A DNA stretch of 64,000 nucleotides from a virus, in the IMG/VR virus record IMGVR_UViG_3300019458_000616, positions 7,234-71,233 of that record; one strand, given 5' to 3'. The notes under the pieces were generated by a model. The model saw only the letters and a program-made list of their open reading frames with translations. It was not told the DNA's origin and did no database searches. A program made the translations under genes and the position numbers. Positions 61,606-64,000 of the stretch are shown piece after piece (position 1 is the first letter of the stretch; every line of letters begins with the position of its first letter).

Positions 61606-63971
61606 GGGAATGGCCCTCCGATCGGGACGGGAACCTTCTCGCTCCAGGCGACCGACGCGATCGCGACCTCGACCTCGAGTGGGACCCGGAACGGGAAGTC
61701 GGTCATGGCCCGGACGAGGATCGGGATCGCCTCCTCAACGTCCTCGCGATGGACGTGGAGGAAGAGTTCGTCGTGGCTGCTCATCGCGAGGGTAGCTCTC
61801 AGGCCGGAGGCGGCGAGGTCGTCGTCCGCCCGGATCGTTGCGACCTTGAGGAGGTCCGCCCCCGTTCCCTGGACCATGTAGTTCAGGAGCGCGTAGGTCC
61901 GCTCTTCATGGTCGAGGTAGAGCTTCCGGCCGAAGGGGTTCCTGACGTAGCCGCGCGCGCGGAACTGGCGGGCGAGGTACTCCGCGTAGGCGCCGATCCC
62001 GGGGAAGCGTTCGTCGACGCGCTGGAGGATGAGGGCCGCCTCGACCGTCCCGCACGGCGGGCCGATCATGACCGAGGCTTGACGGGGCCCGGCGCCGTAC
62101 TCGACGGCGAGGAAGAGGTTCTTCGCCCGTTGGCGGAGGTCCGGATGAGCCTCCTTCCACGCCTTGTCGGGGAGCTCCAGGTCCACTGGCCAGGCCGTCT
62201 TCCCGATCTCGACGTAGAGGTCGCGATTCTCGGCGAAGATGGCCGCGAGGTTTCGGTCGCGCGTGAAGTGCGCCGTCAAGCGCGGCTCGACTTGGCGCCA
62301 GTCGACGAAGAGGAGGAGCCAGTTGGGCCCGGGCGGGACGATCGCGCGCCGGACGCTCCATGCCCGGGCGCGATCGACGAGCTCCTCGTCGACGGTGTCG
62401 TCGCGATCCGTCCCGTGGAGGTTCGGCTCCGACGTCGAGAAGCGCCCGGTCCGCGCCGACGTCTGGTTGAGGTGAGGGAAGAGGATGCCGCGCCTGCGCC
62501 GGAACCAATCGCGCGCGGCCGGGCTCGCGTCCTCTTCTTCCATGAGGAACACCCGACCGCTCTCGGGCGGGCCCTCCGACCGCCAGCGGCAGGGGATCGA
62601 GTACGCGACGAGCGCCTCGAAGACGTCCTTCCGGCGCTTGAGCCATCGGTGGTCGAAGATCGCCTCGACGAGGGCGTCCTTGTTCCGGAACGGCTCGAGG
62701 GCCTCGGCCGACGTCGAGTACGTCCCCCCCTCGCCGTCCTCGCTCGCGGCCTCGCTCTTCTCCGTGAGCGGGAGCGGCAGGCCGCGAAGGCGGAGGACCT
62801 CGGCGAGCTGCTTTGCCGAGTTCATGTTGAGATCGCGCTTGGCGATCTTCTCGGCCCGGACCTTGACGACCTCGAGCTCCTTCTCGGAGGCCGCGAGCCG
62901 CTCCTCGGCGTAGGCGAGATCGACGAACTTCGGCGTCGACTCCATGGCCATCGTTGTCCGCGCGAGGCGAAGCTCGCGCGCATATACGCGCCGGCATCCG
63001 GTGTCTTCGCGGAGCTTCCGGAGGAGTCGCTTGAGGAGCCCTCGGCAGAGACGAGCGTCGAAGACGCAGTAGCGCGCCGCGAGTCGGATCGGAGCCCAGG
63101 CGAGCGATTCTTTCTGGTCCTGGACGCGACGGACGCCCTGCTTCTCGAACCACGCCCGGAGCTCGGCCTCGTCCTTGTTCCGGCCGAGGACGCGCTCGGC
63201 GAGCCAGTCGAGACCGAGTCGCCCATGAGCTTCCCTGAGGTGGAGGGAGAGCGCGTAGGCCGCGAGCATGCTGTCGTTGAGGCCGGGGGCGAGGAACGGG
63301 GTATCAACGAGCCCGAGGCGTTTCCACGCCTCGAGGAGAGCGCGCCAGTCGAAGGCGATGTTGTGGGCGCCTTTCGTCGCCGGCGACGCTCGGAAGAGGT
63401 CGAGGAGCGCGGCGAGGAGCTCGCGCTCGGGGAGGTTGCCGACGTAGGGGGGCGTCGCCCGCTGCTCCCCGAGCGTCCGTCGGCGCGGCTTCGGCGCGGG
63501 CGGCTTCCGCTCGCGCTTGCGGGCGGCGCCGGAGAGGACGAACGGCTCGTCGGCGGGGGGCGGAGGGGGCGGCGGCTCTTCTTTCGGCGGGAGGAGCGGG
63601 TCGCGATGCCGGAGCGGGAAGTAGACGTCGAGAGTCCTCGAGCTGATCGAGAGGCCGACGATCGAGGCGACCTCGAGTCGCGTCGACGACGTCTCGACGT
63701 CGAAGGCGAACCCGGCGCCGGAGTCCCGAATGCGGGCGACCAGGTCGAGGAAGTCGTCGGGTTTGGCGATCCGGAAATCGTCGGCGGCGGCGTTAAGGGG
63801 ACTTAACGTCCCGGGGATTAGAACGGTGCCGTCGGCTCGTCCGGGTGAAGGACGAGGTCCTCCATGCTCGCGCTCGACGGCGGCTTCCGGCACCGGGAGA
63901 CGGCCTCCCTCAGGGACATTCGGCGTAGTTCCTCGAGCCGCGCGGAGGCGGCTCGGGCCCTCCTCATCCAT
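61587..63971 (-). CDS. polA: Family A DNA polymerase with 3-5 exonuclease
   Basis: FDVETS, HNIAFDW, DSMLAAY; motif A FVDWRQVEPR, B RAKNLFLAVEYG, C SSHDEL; start uncertain. Confidence 0.92.
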   Translation of the reverse strand: MDEEGPSRLRAARGTTPNVPEGGRLPVPEAAVEREHGGPRPSPGRADGTVLIPGTLSPLNAAADDFRIAKPDDFLDLVARIRDSGAGFAFDVETSSTRLEVASIVGLSISSRTLDVYFPLRHRDPLLPPKEEPPPPPPPADEPFVLSGAARKRERKPPAPKPRRRTLGEQRATPPYVGNLPERELLAALLDLFRASPATKGAHNIAFDWRALLEAWKRLGLVDTPFLAPGLNDSMLAAYALSLHLREAHGRLGLDWLAERVLGRNKDEAELRAWFEKQGVRRVQDQKESLAWAPIRLAARYCVFDARLCRGLLKRLLRKLREDTGCRRVYARELRLARTTMAMESTPKFVDLAYAEERLAASEKELEVVKVRAEKIAKRDLNMNSAKQLAEVLRLRGLPLPLTEKSEAASEDGEGGTYSTSAEALEPFRNKDALVEAIFDHRWLKRRKDVFEALVAYSIPCRWRSEGPPESGRVFLMEEEDASPAARDWFRRRRGILFPHLNQTSARTGRFSTSEPNLHGTDRDDTVDEELVDRARAWSVRRAIVPPGPNWLLLFVDWRQVEPRLTAHFTRDRNLAAIFAENRDLYVEIGKTAWPVDLELPDKAWKEAHPDLRQRAKNLFLAVEYGAGPRQASVMIGPPCGTVEAALILQRVDERFPGIGAYAEYLARQFRARGYVRNPFGRKLYLDHEERTYALLNYMVQGTGADLLKVATIRADDDLAASGLRATLAMSSHDELFLHVHREDVEEAIPILVRAMTDFPFRVPLEVEVAIASVAWSEKVPVPIGGPFPWDKLP
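63792..63807. promoter_or_regulatory. Palindrome copy 12 GTTAAG-GGGA-CTTAAC
   Basis: At the 5-prime end of polA, 10 bp after the TAA of an upstream ORF. Confidence 0.85.
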
Positions 63972-64000
63972 CCCTCCAAAGCTTCCCGCGAGGCGATCCG
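63818..64000 (-). CDS. Small or truncated ORF at window edge
   Basis: Minus frame open from the edge to TAA 63818; possible ATG 63967 with SD GGAGG. Confidence 0.35.
   Translation of the reverse strand, partial: RIASREALEGWMRRARAASARLEELRRMSLREAVSRCRKPPSSASMEDLVLHPDEPTAPF

Larger units (their letters stand above)
1..64000. mobile_element. Tailed dsDNA phage/prophage genome segment (siphovirus-like)
   Basis: Terminase, portal, prohead protease, major capsid, tail tube, chaperone, tape measure and replication genes fill the window; no host housekeeping genes or att/integrase recognised. Confidence 0.95.

Noticed and set aside
891-63806. Many long alternate-frame or antisense ORFs in the track (e.g. 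891-2906, 14594-16261, 51404-54169, 61749-63806)
   Set aside because: Shadow ORFs of high-GC genes; Arg/Pro/Gly-rich with no motifs and overlapping well-supported genes
1-64000. Integrase, CI/Cro immunity region or att sites
   Set aside because: No tyrosine or serine recombinase motifs or classic repressor pair recognised; may lie outside the window
1-64000. Haloarchaeal virus (CTC/GTC/GAG-rich codon style)
   Set aside because: Bacterial-type RecA, DnaG, DnaB, PolA and sigma factors, and many basic proteins

Overview
The whole window is one high-GC (about 70% by eye) tailed dsDNA phage or prophage with a long non-contractile tail; no host genes and no integrase were recognised. Order on the + strand: ECF-like sigma, ParB, SSB, RecA, Mre11/Rad50, QueC-like, sigma, TerS, TerL ATPase half, about 8 kb of early-type genes (ParB-methylase, primase core, KTSC, FliA-like sigma, second ParB, ASCH), TerL nuclease half, portal, MuF, protease/scaffold, capsid, neck, tail, morons, tape measure, fibres and holin-like genes. 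A leftward replication operon follows (PolA, DnaC-like, DnaB, methylase, primase zinc-finger, sigma). Main observations: (1) a 16-bp palindrome GTTAAG-N4-CTTAAC occurs 12 times, mostly just upstream of gene starts, in a genome otherwise almost free of TTAA and encoding two ParB-HTH proteins, suggesting a KorB/parS-like operator network; (2) the large terminase is split into ATPase and nuclease genes 8 kb apart with 14 genes between; (3) DnaG primase and Rad50/SbcC are also split; (4) there are four sigma-70-family genes, a degenerate QueC, a MuF with a QExxH peptidase-like extension, a non-canonical tRNA(GAT)-like element, an internally deleted HEPN/DUF4145 moron and a promoter-bearing 2TM-GAF moron. 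A Planctomycetota-like host is only a weak inference. All family calls are from motif recognition by eye, not database searches.
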